NCBI GenBank assembly: GCA_000002445.1
Contig: CP000071.1
Span: forward strand, 480,001-544,000
DNA length: 64,000 nt
From: Trypanosoma brucei
Lineage: Eukaryota
Direction of reading: 5' to 3'
Below the pieces are notes generated by a model, which worked only from the letters and a program-made list of their open reading frames with translations, did no database searches and was not told the DNA's origin. A program made the translations under genes and the position numbers. This document shows, in pieces, positions 42,801 through 51,410 of this stretch (position 1 is its first letter; every line of letters starts with the position of its first letter).

Positions 42801-45800
42801 TGACCAGTCGGACCACACCGAGTGGGTGGTGTACTCAGCCATGGTCAGCGCGGTTCAAAATTGTATTCGCGCTGGTGTCACGGTGTTGTTAAAGGAGACA
42901 GATGTCCGCGACATGTACGCGAGTAGCGTGCTTGGTGCCGGGCGAAAGGCCATCGCTCCCCGTGTTGGCGGAGATGTGTACCGCCACTCGGTGCCTATGG
43001 ATGAATTTGTTACGTGCCTTCGCACTGTTGTTGATAAGCATCCAAAGGCTTTTTGTACCGTGTTTAATAGCGCTTGCATTGTGCACATTGTTTCTGCGGA
43101 GGGGAACCCCAAGGGAGACACCAGGAGTGCCGTATTACTAGCTCCGCGTAAGCCCCCACGCATCCATGCAATGGGAAGTGCCCCGTCGCCTCAACGCACC
43201 ACTGTGGAGTATGTGTTGGACACACTTCTGCGCCGTCTTGCACAAAAGCAGCTGCCACCAAGTTTTGTTGCAGCAGTGCTGAACAACATCACCACTCTCC
43301 CTGCGGTGGCATCTATTGTAACGACTTATTGCGTAAACGTTCCAGTTCCGGAGAGCATGCGGGGTGCCTTTCTGGACCAGAAGGCTGAGGAGGATGAACC
43401 CACGCTAAACCAGAAACAGGAGTTTGGTGACAGCTTTTTATTGCATGAGGCGACGCCTCGGCCACTTACCCCGTTCCTTGCCGTGCTCCTATTTATGGAC
43501 GAGCGGCAATTGGAGTGCCTCGAGCCGTTTCTTTCTAATGTTGCGCAGAAGGCACCATCGCGTATGGCGCATATTCTCCTCCAGGCACTTGATGTAACAC
43601 TTACGGCGCTTTCTTCGGAGAACAGCGGGGGTAACTGTCTTGTTACCCGAAATGAAGAAATGGAACTTGTGCACCGTGCGTCAAGTAGGCCTTCGCCGCG
43701 TACCATGGCCTGTAGCTTGCTGCATGCGCTTCGGCTGCTGCTCGTGGTGACCTCCAGTTCGCTAGTTTGGCGCCTGTGCGAAGAGCTGTGGCAGCGTGGC
43801 GCACTTGACTTATTGTATCGGATGGTTGAGCAGAAGTGTTATTCAACAGAGAAAGATGCGGCCACACTGATCCTCGTCATCCGGCGCCTGCTTCTGGCCC
43901 ACAGCAAGTGCGCCGGACGGAGCAACGGGAAGGTTTCACCGGCTGCCGGCCATGGTGTTACAGCTGGCAGCAGCGTGAGCAGGGGGACAATGACTGGCTT
44001 GCAGGGCGCAGAACTGTCGGATGCCCATCTGGGACTAATGCGGCACCGACAGAGACGGCAGCAGCAGCAGAGCGGTGCAGAGGAGGATGAAGAGGATTCA
44101 CAGACCCCTCCACCAGATACTGGAAGGGAGGAGGGACGGACCCTGGGCGAGGCGGGCATGAGCCCCCTACCAACCGGTATGCAGCAACCCCATCGGCAGC
44201 AGTTTTTGCAGTCAGGCAGTGTTGATGACTCTTTTTACCTCAACGCACTTGTTAATGGAAATGACTCACGACGGGAGGCAAGTGATTCAAACAACAGACG
44301 TCGGCGGTCGCTTGAGGAGGGGACCTTCAGCGGGTTTTTATTGGGTCTTGGCGAACTGCTGCGACCTACCCAGGATATTGTATCATTTGAAAGTCGCAAT
44401 ATTTCTGACAGCACTCACGATGAGGATGAAAGTGATGTGACGGGGGATGGGGATATCGGCGGAGTTTCACCCGGGCAGCAAGCGATCCATCTGGTAGTGG
44501 GGAGAATTGGAGGTGGGTTTACTCCGAGAGGTTCCGGTGATGGCGATGACAATAGCGGCCACAATGAGGGGGGTGAAGGGAACATCGCGCGGGGGGCGCG
44601 TAGCGAGAGTGGGTTTGATATGAGTGGTGTCGATGACGATGACATGGGTGGTAATGATGATGGCGGGCCTCACAGTGATGGTGGCGATGACGACGATGTG
44701 GAGGGTGCGGATTTCGATCTCAATGACACAGATGACGACGACGATGATGATGATGATGATGACGACGACGACGACGATGATGATGACGATGATGATGACG
44801 ATGATGATGACGATGAAGAGCTTCTTAACTTCGACAGCGAGTATTATGATGATGAGATGGAGCGGGGCTCCGTTTCGTTTTCTCTTCACAACCGCTATCC
44901 ACCAGGTGGCCTTCTGGGGGGTACTGGGCCACAAATCCCCTTCGACTCCTTCACAGTGGGTAACGAACCACGTATGGATGGGCGACCAGCCTCAATAGAG
45001 GCATGGGATTTTAGCTCGGTCCGCAGGGACCAAAGGATACGCCTTGAGGATCTTCACCCGCATGGCGAAGGGTGGTCGCTCCCCAGTGCTGTTCCTGATC
45101 CTGCTGACTTTTGGAGCGTCTTTGCTCATGGTCGTTTGGAAGGTGCAGACCATATGTTTCACACTCTTTATGGAAGTAGTCGTCATAGCAGTACGTCCCG
45201 GCTTGTGAACATATGTTCAATTGTGAACATGGAGGTGAGAGAACAATGGGAGAGTGCTCAAGCTCTTCACCCGGTGAGGCAAGTTTTGCGTGAAACAAGT
45301 GAGGCTCCTCCGGACCCTGAGGTGACACCACCGGCACCAGAGGCGGCGGGTGAACCCAGAAACGGTGATGAAACCGCTGCGTGGAATGCTGGAGGTGACG
45401 ATATTACTTTAATTGGAGGCAATGGTGATACCCAACCGCTGTTATATGAACCTGGTCATGGTGAAGGCCAGCTACAGCAACAGGTGAACGACCGCACGGG
45501 CACTGACATTGCTACGATGGCAGAGGCAAATGTGGCACACGTACCGGGGGAAACCGCGACTCAAGGATTCTCCAACAGCGAATCGAGTGGTGCTACTCGT
45601 ATACTTGCTTCCCCCGGTTCTGCCACCGATGATGTGGGGGCGGGTCTCGCTTTGCTGGACTTTGGCGGTCAAAGCGTTGCCCCTCAGGCAGACCCTGCCG
45701 AAACTCATATTGCCTCGGATGCTGGCGTTACCAGTTCTGTGGTTGCGAGCGCGGGGTCGGCGTTAACTGCCCCACCAACCGCTATCGCAGAACCACCGAT

Positions 45801-48800
45801 GGAGGAACAACCGTGGTTTAATGTGATTCGGCCGCACTTCTTGTTGGAGCTTCCAGAGACGCTACGTCGGGAGTTGTTATTCGACCACATGAATGTGCTG
45901 CTCGGTAGTGAAACACGGGAATTGGAGGGACATCAGACACGGATCTTTGCCGCGTTCTTCACACAATTACCGGCTGATGTGCAACGGGAGGCGGCTGAGG
46001 TGGAGCAGCGGTGGCGGCAAGTTACCGGTGACGTGCCTAGCAGTGCTGGGAATGAAACCCCAAGCCGGAGTGTGCTGTTAGATTTACTGGCCACTGTCGA
46101 TACGGAGTTGCGCCAGGAGATATTGGCAACATGTGACCTCGGAGATCTTGAGGAATACCCTGAGCTCCTCCGAGAGGCCAACAGGGCCCGCCAATCTCGA
46201 GCTGTGGAGGCTGTGAGTGAAGGGGACGCCTCGGTACCACGTCAGCTACGGCGACGCGAGGGAGCGTTAACAGTGATTCGAGGGCGGCGCCCTGCGGATG
46301 CAGAAGGGGCTAATGCCGCTGTCTCAGTATTTGGGACTGATGCTCTGTCCACACTCACATTACCCCGCATACCCCCCGTTTTGCGTCGCATTCGGGGACT
46401 GGGTCCAGTGGCGTACCATCAACACCGTGACAATTCACTTTCCTGGTTCACCAGTAACATGAGTGGAAACCATCACCCCAGGAATTTGGGCCGCAGGCAA
46501 AACAGCCGTATTCGTGACGAGAGCAGTGATGATGATAACGTCAACAGGCGAGGGTACTCGTCACGAGGTTTCGCCTTCATTACGGAGGCGCATCTTGTGT
46601 CGTGTATCCGTGCACAACAAAGCCGTGTTGTGCGTGACGAGAGAGTGACCCCGCCACCGAACCGACAGAATGGTGCAGCGGGTGTGGAGAATGCCGTCCC
46701 CGCGATACCCAGTGCAATTCTGAAACAGCTTGTAGAACTCATATGGCTCAGCAAAGCTTCCTATTCGCCACTCGACCGTCCAACTTCATCGTCAACCGAC
46801 CTCTATGTTGGCTCCCAATTGGTGCAACTGCTAGTGACTGCTTGTAGAAAACCGGAGACAGCGGCGGAGGCGATGCTTTTTCTTGTGGACACAGTTCTAG
46901 AAAGAATACCTTCAACGTCGTATTCGCTATCGCATGAATCCGTTGGTTCGGAATCATCCCAAACTGGCCCTCATGGTGTCACCGACTCGGGCCGCAACGC
47001 ACTGCCTACAGCTTCGCTAGTTACTTCCACCAGTGGGGTTGGTCGTGCTGTTGGTGCTTCTGTGGATGTAATCCGTGACTGTGGTCGTGTCGCACTGCGG
47101 ACATTGCTTGTGATTGGTCAGTTGATTGAGCGCTGCCGTGCTGCTGGTCTGAGCGTTACAACCCTCCCCGATTCTGTGTACATGAAGGTTACTCAAAGTT
47201 CGGCTGAGTCACCAATTACTGCGCAAGAAGAGACCACTGGTTCTCGCTTATTTAAGAAGCTTGTTGAGCTCGTGCTCCGTGTTCCTCTGCCCCGTGTGGA
47301 GGCTGCATTCACACGTGTATTGTGTCGGCTTAACCAGCAGCTCCAACGATTGGAAGAGATCGCACCCGTGTCGCGACGTGCTCCGCGTGATGTGGACCTC
47401 GAGTCTCAGGGTGACAACGTAATTTTCCATTTACGTCACCCACATCCTCTGCGGTGGCAGAATTTGCACCGCTACCCCTATGTTGATAGTGGCTACATTT
47501 GCAACAGGTGCAACACAACATTCCACACCGAAACTGTTGCTTTCCACTGCGAGATGTGCCGATTTGATATTTGCCCAGCCTGCAGTTTCGTGTCGTTGAC
47601 GGTAGAAGAAGAGAGGGTACGAGGGCGGCATTGGGGCTATTCTCTTGTGTCGTCGAAGGGGACAATGGAGGCCGCGTTGCAGCTGCTGCGTCACCCGAAC
47701 TGTACAGATGATATGGCGCAGGAGGTGATGGAGTTCTTTCGCCGTGGTATCAAGGAAAGTGCACACCGTGACAAGGGCGTCGCTGCAGCCAACACTAGCG
47801 CCGCCATCGCGATGGTTGAGCGCGTCATCATTGACCTTGCAAATAGTATTACGGTGGAAATACATGAGTGCGTTAACGCATTACGGGCTGCTTTTCCACA
47901 CAAGGTATTCCAGTCGTTTTTCTTAAGTGCTACTTCTAATGAGGATGGGAACAGTGGTGGAACGGAGAGTCAACAATGGACAGCTCAGGAGGCAAGTGTC
48001 GCGTTGTCCTACATGTGTCTAAACTCAACCTCGAATAAGTTACTCGCTTTATTCCACCCATACGCCGAGTCCCACCGTCCAGAGCCACGTGAAGTATCAT
48101 TGATGTGGCATGCCGTGCAAATGTACTTGGCGGAAGTAGCCTTCATCCTTCAACACATACAAAACCGTTCCTCTGTTCTGCTGCCCCAGGCTGTGCTTCT
48201 TCTGCTCAGCACCTTCTGTCAGTTTCACATGGCGGAGCCCCGTAGGGATTCGTCTGCGAGTACCGCCTCAGAGAGTGTGAGTAGTTTGAGTTTGGAGAAA
48301 ACCGACACAGAACGCTTCATGTTGGATTCAACACATGCCTCGTCGACAGTTTCGGATGCCGCGGACGCTGCAGCAAAGTTGGCCAATAGCGAGCAGCGGC
48401 AACACCGGGATCCTCCCCCTCACGAAGGCCCAGATGTTGGAAGTACCGACAGCGACGGTTCGGGTGATGAGCGCCCAATGATGCCTCGCGTCGTAAGGCA
48501 GTTTGTAGAGCGCAACAAGTTAACTATCAATGCGCTCATCCAATATGACCCAAAGGTTCTTGAAGGAGGCTTCAAGTTTCTTAGGTCGGAGCCTGGGTTT
48601 GTTGACTTCAATATACGTTTGAATGACTTTCATCGCCAGATCAGCTACGCTTCACAGGGCCCTCGAATTAGTCTGAGCATCAACCGTGGCCAGTGCCTCC
48701 GTGATAGTTTCGCGCAACTTTCCAAATTGAATAATTTCCATGGATCAATCAGTGTTCGCTTCAGTGGAGAGGAGGGGGCTGACGCGGGTGGTCTCACGCG

Positions 48801-49731
48801 GGAGTGGTTCCAATTGATCGCGGAGGAGATGGTAAATGATAACTACGCCCTCTTTATTCATTCACGCGAGGGGATGACTTACCAGCCGAATCCCCTCTCC
48901 GGTGTGAATCCTCTTCACCTGCAGTACTTCCGTTTCGCTGGAATTGTCGTTGGTATGGCTGTGGCGCACCGCGTGGCCATTGATGTCCATTTTACACGGG
49001 CTGTATACCGCCACATGATTGGCATACAACCCACATTCGGTGACCTCAAGAGCGTGGATCCCGAGCTGTACGAAAATCTCAAGTGGCTGTTGGTGAATGA
49101 TGTCAGTGATCTTGGTCTCTTCTTCACCGTGAGTTGCGAAAAGTTCGGTGTGACTGAGGAGGTTGAACTTATTCCCAACGGCTCGCAGGTGGCGGTGACA
49201 AATGCAAACAAATCACAGTATGTTCGCCTACGTTGCGAGTTCTGCATGACACGACAGATTGAAGAGCAGTTGCAGGAGTTTCTCAAAGGATTCTATGCTG
49301 TCATTCCCCGGAAGGAGATTCGAAACTTTTCAGCGCAGGAACTGGAGCTTGTGATTTGCGGCATGCCAGATATCGATGTTGAGGACCTTCGTCTCAACAC
49401 CACATATGATGGCTACACCTCCACATCGCTGCAGATCCGCTGGTTCTGGGAAGTGGTAGCGGCGATGAGCAAAGAAGACCGGGCAAATCTCCTGCAGTTT
49501 GCGACGGGCGCCTCGAGGGTGCCACACGGCGGCTTCAGCAATTTGGAGTCATCGAATGGTTCGCCTCAGCGCTTTACCGTCTCCCGGTGGGCGGACAGTG
49601 CGGAACTGCTTCCACAGGCCCACACGTGTTTCAACAAAATTGCGCTACCGGAGTACAGCAGTTGTGAGGAACTACGCAAAAAGTTAATGGTTGCCATCAC
49701 ACTTGGGAGTCGGGGCTTCACCATGACGTAG
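36817..49731 (+). CDS. Giant HECT-domain E3 ubiquitin-protein ligase (4304 aa) with a poly-Asp acidic tract and a ZZ-type zinc finger
   Basis: The ORF starts at an ATG. The C-terminal roughly 400 aa form a canonical HECT domain: 'FSGEEGADAGGLTREWFQL', 'NPLHLQYFRFAGIVVGMA', 'TGASRVPHGGFSNL', and the catalytic 'PQAHTCFNKIALPEYSSCEELRKKLMVAI'. A ZZ finger 'YICNRCNTTFHTETVAFHCEMCRFDICPACS' lies at about 47494..47590. A (GAY)n tract at about 44731..44814 encodes roughly 30 consecutive Asp. Confidence 0.85.
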   Translation: MLAVRGRAGSFRNQGGMTFQGNEYHVTQQLQLLPPVLQRYVGRLHECLVDCRLTPQVFHEILNDEEFFRDVRGSYNKRFGDIIKTVAGEWWSTCMKDILQRVSSAADGVDNAPAASCSAVRAANEETTEGTSSLDQVLPGKCDDEASSIEVCRDLRAVLLLAVVVCSPYCVIRGPDTPVITCTARVMLCRDPSIIYLGLLINLAQSNQAERSLDSAMVLRTLAHGWGSSPTFEDVVKCCLRARRRRQRRLAAPNEEEQVNAISTEEDDAEEAADIALLQLPGLVRDPLQIVPDRSAAQSSGGGGKCMSDSLHIGRCVLQSMASAAGNPERLLWWCRCRLLCMQLLSPADCEELLAGPSCDFFRSLWKVERMFGDILDLAEHDDDGEESDACYGGISSTSGVGSAPTVAALVGIVADIVRGWHRAENSGGAMGSIVLNYTSRNPFETVNRVVPGHRKFQQRSHRCLARDWQYGLLVQYHSTHLAVFPHPNSSYATMLPVMVAQLTDVLRHYPHYSPIQLMYSLALTRENTNTSVALNSGLVPAIVTVMRTYMDEKQEYGENASADNGTEGIRYGWSYKAAGVLHWCFTVLEQLATLSTHESVNPIVFLLSPAEEDGYELCHHICKKIFYPGGHPVLLVAAFRFFSACIHHNVRDVVPALQQRGVLDTLLKIGESTDILERYNCPRGEANSEEGVAVQQAGEGQPPLATSVKGNKVAPITLAEYSAYYEQAVPIVCICSMLQAFAVHNSTHASLVNRMIMRRFVWSLTVPYFPEVSSPLSVPSSPSTLAVLCVERVEPQRVFTRLAAAAGVDLLVLIRTLPPLQDYFFESVEETLKSLIEEAKQKGPPLRDVGLSMWNILACFSDLEYKQLAQRGSGRRGRSQRADQASEAADALLDKFKNCGKVVAGSLGTLLKLSSTVPFASPVSLLSNGNVLTSNLFDVQCMMFESLTREVIQFASDIVKDALQGGNNGVLTEEQAGALWSLFFLFFRKTSHGSSSANGTNHFRRDLANVIFDAFIALEMATGTQRTQEESAGSAVPALTPVAASPTVGDQVIGLMDAHSMWSSDFELSALANNLLSSALSMALPPSDRSPANTPLNFFAAVVDGANAGNDAFGVRHVDTTSADAERGNTETGPNAVSGSSSAVERFRNDVSRLLTSSQTRHRHSLPTFHTHYHGSGVPLNPHTSGSGHIMLVAPSYILGGVRELLQKVAKSVTAAARVRKEEEDIKEEGDTSEAGCPPQKMQWEQMHHFAALEAVDLAPLREAEMRLQAAEAALSVGWKYISGNSGLVAFLHNIIGNLWRITECLLPVQNSQLLTGPLSSTSSALVNNPCNFCGVGGVAERGSAVATSDTTANSGATAGPPLDAEKLKTVVGYLTGILEALLKLPPDRGLQRFPWQPRLLYFALITWRSRGLELSPAMILGALAHLVDLGSEVFKRGATVISPSISACESEVDVEAVGDDRSPLTLGSPPRPDSHHPNRSEEDSMVRIRVAGDFADLFGEVLPSVSLRSERLVQLSLRNRTSRSDTPVAPRTPEVSATGFPRDTEEWRGFGPVSLAEYAPCWVLEVAATMHANDKSVGKMWVLIRRLCSKLCWIYHTYSSPVSANSGAGDDDQPKKGILLIERIIRLVLEDPVRNYTLLEFLAVVLSQDETTAQREALVTRTQLPYAILDCIVKEVRRIENEQNEDASKRKEKWSLRNSMLGQLFCFLSSCSVGALTEKGTGACPHYRGNSTSFCWMGHLCPHPHVGDKSGSHMRRGSARSSKVTRQIAKVLEEFGYKGDVSPQAPPSELETVTSDAVTGATSRRATGRNMRGTEAPGQNPAENARNDGDETATHQDDAVSGVSSVTKKCVDVKLKLSSVVGGTSSLPKSMLSECAVLVLDYLADDDETNEAEKWESLNTEDTRSDTLCTPRHVARRAAKVSGETNVLETPIICIAVALLAQLLDAGDTTLLSHIYKLNETSKKGFVMRAVSRLLREDMIPTSVCVHVLKALVDQSDHTEWVVYSAMVSAVQNCIRAGVTVLLKETDVRDMYASSVLGAGRKAIAPRVGGDVYRHSVPMDEFVTCLRTVVDKHPKAFCTVFNSACIVHIVSAEGNPKGDTRSAVLLAPRKPPRIHAMGSAPSPQRTTVEYVLDTLLRRLAQKQLPPSFVAAVLNNITTLPAVASIVTTYCVNVPVPESMRGAFLDQKAEEDEPTLNQKQEFGDSFLLHEATPRPLTPFLAVLLFMDERQLECLEPFLSNVAQKAPSRMAHILLQALDVTLTALSSENSGGNCLVTRNEEMELVHRASSRPSPRTMACSLLHALRLLLVVTSSSLVWRLCEELWQRGALDLLYRMVEQKCYSTEKDAATLILVIRRLLLAHSKCAGRSNGKVSPAAGHGVTAGSSVSRGTMTGLQGAELSDAHLGLMRHRQRRQQQQSGAEEDEEDSQTPPPDTGREEGRTLGEAGMSPLPTGMQQPHRQQFLQSGSVDDSFYLNALVNGNDSRREASDSNNRRRRSLEEGTFSGFLLGLGELLRPTQDIVSFESRNISDSTHDEDESDVTGDGDIGGVSPGQQAIHLVVGRIGGGFTPRGSGDGDDNSGHNEGGEGNIARGARSESGFDMSGVDDDDMGGNDDGGPHSDGGDDDDVEGADFDLNDTDDDDDDDDDDDDDDDDDDDDDDDDDDDDEELLNFDSEYYDDEMERGSVSFSLHNRYPPGGLLGGTGPQIPFDSFTVGNEPRMDGRPASIEAWDFSSVRRDQRIRLEDLHPHGEGWSLPSAVPDPADFWSVFAHGRLEGADHMFHTLYGSSRHSSTSRLVNICSIVNMEVREQWESAQALHPVRQVLRETSEAPPDPEVTPPAPEAAGEPRNGDETAAWNAGGDDITLIGGNGDTQPLLYEPGHGEGQLQQQVNDRTGTDIATMAEANVAHVPGETATQGFSNSESSGATRILASPGSATDDVGAGLALLDFGGQSVAPQADPAETHIASDAGVTSSVVASAGSALTAPPTAIAEPPMEEQPWFNVIRPHFLLELPETLRRELLFDHMNVLLGSETRELEGHQTRIFAAFFTQLPADVQREAAEVEQRWRQVTGDVPSSAGNETPSRSVLLDLLATVDTELRQEILATCDLGDLEEYPELLREANRARQSRAVEAVSEGDASVPRQLRRREGALTVIRGRRPADAEGANAAVSVFGTDALSTLTLPRIPPVLRRIRGLGPVAYHQHRDNSLSWFTSNMSGNHHPRNLGRRQNSRIRDESSDDDNVNRRGYSSRGFAFITEAHLVSCIRAQQSRVVRDERVTPPPNRQNGAAGVENAVPAIPSAILKQLVELIWLSKASYSPLDRPTSSSTDLYVGSQLVQLLVTACRKPETAAEAMLFLVDTVLERIPSTSYSLSHESVGSESSQTGPHGVTDSGRNALPTASLVTSTSGVGRAVGASVDVIRDCGRVALRTLLVIGQLIERCRAAGLSVTTLPDSVYMKVTQSSAESPITAQEETTGSRLFKKLVELVLRVPLPRVEAAFTRVLCRLNQQLQRLEEIAPVSRRAPRDVDLESQGDNVIFHLRHPHPLRWQNLHRYPYVDSGYICNRCNTTFHTETVAFHCEMCRFDICPACSFVSLTVEEERVRGRHWGYSLVSSKGTMEAALQLLRHPNCTDDMAQEVMEFFRRGIKESAHRDKGVAAANTSAAIAMVERVIIDLANSITVEIHECVNALRAAFPHKVFQSFFLSATSNEDGNSGGTESQQWTAQEASVALSYMCLNSTSNKLLALFHPYAESHRPEPREVSLMWHAVQMYLAEVAFILQHIQNRSSVLLPQAVLLLLSTFCQFHMAEPRRDSSASTASESVSSLSLEKTDTERFMLDSTHASSTVSDAADAAAKLANSEQRQHRDPPPHEGPDVGSTDSDGSGDERPMMPRVVRQFVERNKLTINALIQYDPKVLEGGFKFLRSEPGFVDFNIRLNDFHRQISYASQGPRISLSINRGQCLRDSFAQLSKLNNFHGSISVRFSGEEGADAGGLTREWFQLIAEEMVNDNYALFIHSREGMTYQPNPLSGVNPLHLQYFRFAGIVVGMAVAHRVAIDVHFTRAVYRHMIGIQPTFGDLKSVDPELYENLKWLLVNDVSDLGLFFTVSCEKFGVTEEVELIPNGSQVAVTNANKSQYVRLRCEFCMTRQIEEQLQEFLKGFYAVIPRKEIRNFSAQELELVICGMPDIDVEDLRLNTTYDGYTSTSLQIRWFWEVVAAMSKEDRANLLQFATGASRVPHGGFSNLESSNGSPQRFTVSRWADSAELLPQAHTCFNKIALPEYSSCEELRKKLMVAITLGSRGFTMT

Positions 49732-50535
49732 CGTAAGAAAGGGAAGGAAAAAGGAAAAAGAAATTCGTTGATTGTGTAAGAATTGAAGGAAGAAAAGAAA
49801 GAAAGAGCCAAAGTGAGATTAAGCAAAGTGAAGGGAACGACACCGGAAACTCCCTTCACTCCTTTTTTTAAAAAATTGTCTCAAAAGTCAGCGGCTGCAA
49901 GAAGACATACGGAATAATAAACAACACAAGTAAGGGATATATATGATGTGGGTGTGTTGGACTGTGGAAAATAAAGCGTGATTAATTTGACAATGAAAGA
50001 CGTGAGGGAGGAGAGTTTTTTTGTTTTTGTTGTTGTTGAGGGATGGGTGAGCGGAGGAAAGTGTGGCGAGCACACAAAGTAGATGCGTAATATTGGTGTA
50101 TGTCTGTTTTAAATACGCGTTGACAAGTTCAAGAGAAAATGCAATTTTTCTTTTTAAAGTAATCTTAGTGTAAGTAAAGAAATGAGAGTGAGTGTGTCCT
50201 TTGTCTTAGGAATATTTTAATTTTTAAAAGAATTAAAGAGAGAGAGAGATAGAGAAAGAAAGGGCTGCGGCGTATTACAGCCATGTGTGTGTGTGTGTGT
50301 TATAAAGGAGATGCAAATGAAAGGACCGAGTGGATGTAGTGGTATGGCCGGACGTGTGTGTAAGGAAGAAAAGCAAAAAGCAAAAAAAAAAGATGCTCTT
50401 CCTTTTTTGCTTTGTTTTGTTTTTAAGGAAAAAAATTATGTAAAAAGTATGTCTTTTAACATACACATTTCTCTTGTGCTTCTTTGCATCTTTCATTCTA
50501 CTGCTCTCCCTCAAAAAGAAAGAATAATCCACATC

Positions 50536-50566
<31 letters not shown>

Positions 50567-51196
50567 TTGTATATCGGCCTTTTATCTTTCATTTATTTGC
50601 GGATTGACTGGCCTTAACCCCCCGACCTCGATACCCAATTCTTTCCCTCCTAAATAAATTTGCATTCGAATGCACAAGTAATTACACCTTGAAACGTCTG
50701 TCGGTGTTGCTGCTGTTGGTACACGCAAAAATTATAGTGGAAAATACGCTTGTTTGTGTATTGGACAGTTTCTGTTTCACTTTTTTTTTTTGTTGACTAT
50801 CAAATGCTACTCTTTTTTTCTTCTTTCTTCTTTTTTTTTTCCTCATTCATGCAAGCCACTGCTTCTGCCTCCTCTGTTTCGCCACACGTCCAGCTATTAT
50901 CAGTATCTCATATGTGGCAGGAAAAGAGAGGAGAGGGAAGATTGGATAAGTTAGTTTTTCTAAAAATTCCCTTGGTTGTAGGTTAAGATAAATGTTGCAG
51001 CCGGTTTATTTGTTGGGGAGATGCGTATACGTATGTGTATATGTTTGGCTGCTTGTGCGTTGGAGTGGCTCCCGTGCAGCTCTTCCATTATCTATTCATT
51101 AACACATAGCGGTCATACGGTAGCGATGTGAGTTTTGGAGGAAATTAAACACTTCGGTAGAGGGGGAGTTAGTTTCTGTCATATGTGGATTTGTGT

Positions 51197-51211
51197 ATTT
51201 TTTTTTTTTTT
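51197..51211 (+). promoter_or_regulatory. Poly(T) polypyrimidine tract, a candidate trans-splicing/polyadenylation signal, upstream of the lysyl-tRNA synthetase
   Basis: T13 is followed by AG dinucleotides. A second tract 'cctctcttttttttttaccctcacc' lies at 51262..51290. Both precede the start ATG at 51411. Confidence 0.5.
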
Positions 51212-51410
51212 GAGACCTGAAGTTGAGGTTCGTACCTTGCAATTTTACTCATTGGCGCCAACCTCTCTTTTTTTTTTACCCTCACCGTTGCTACTGATAG
51301 TGGTGGTCTTCTTTACTATTGGCAACGTTGCCATTCACAAACCACGGTTCTACCTTTGTACAGTAGGAAAAGGAAAAAAAAAACAAGAGAATATACGCGC
51401 GCAAGAGACG

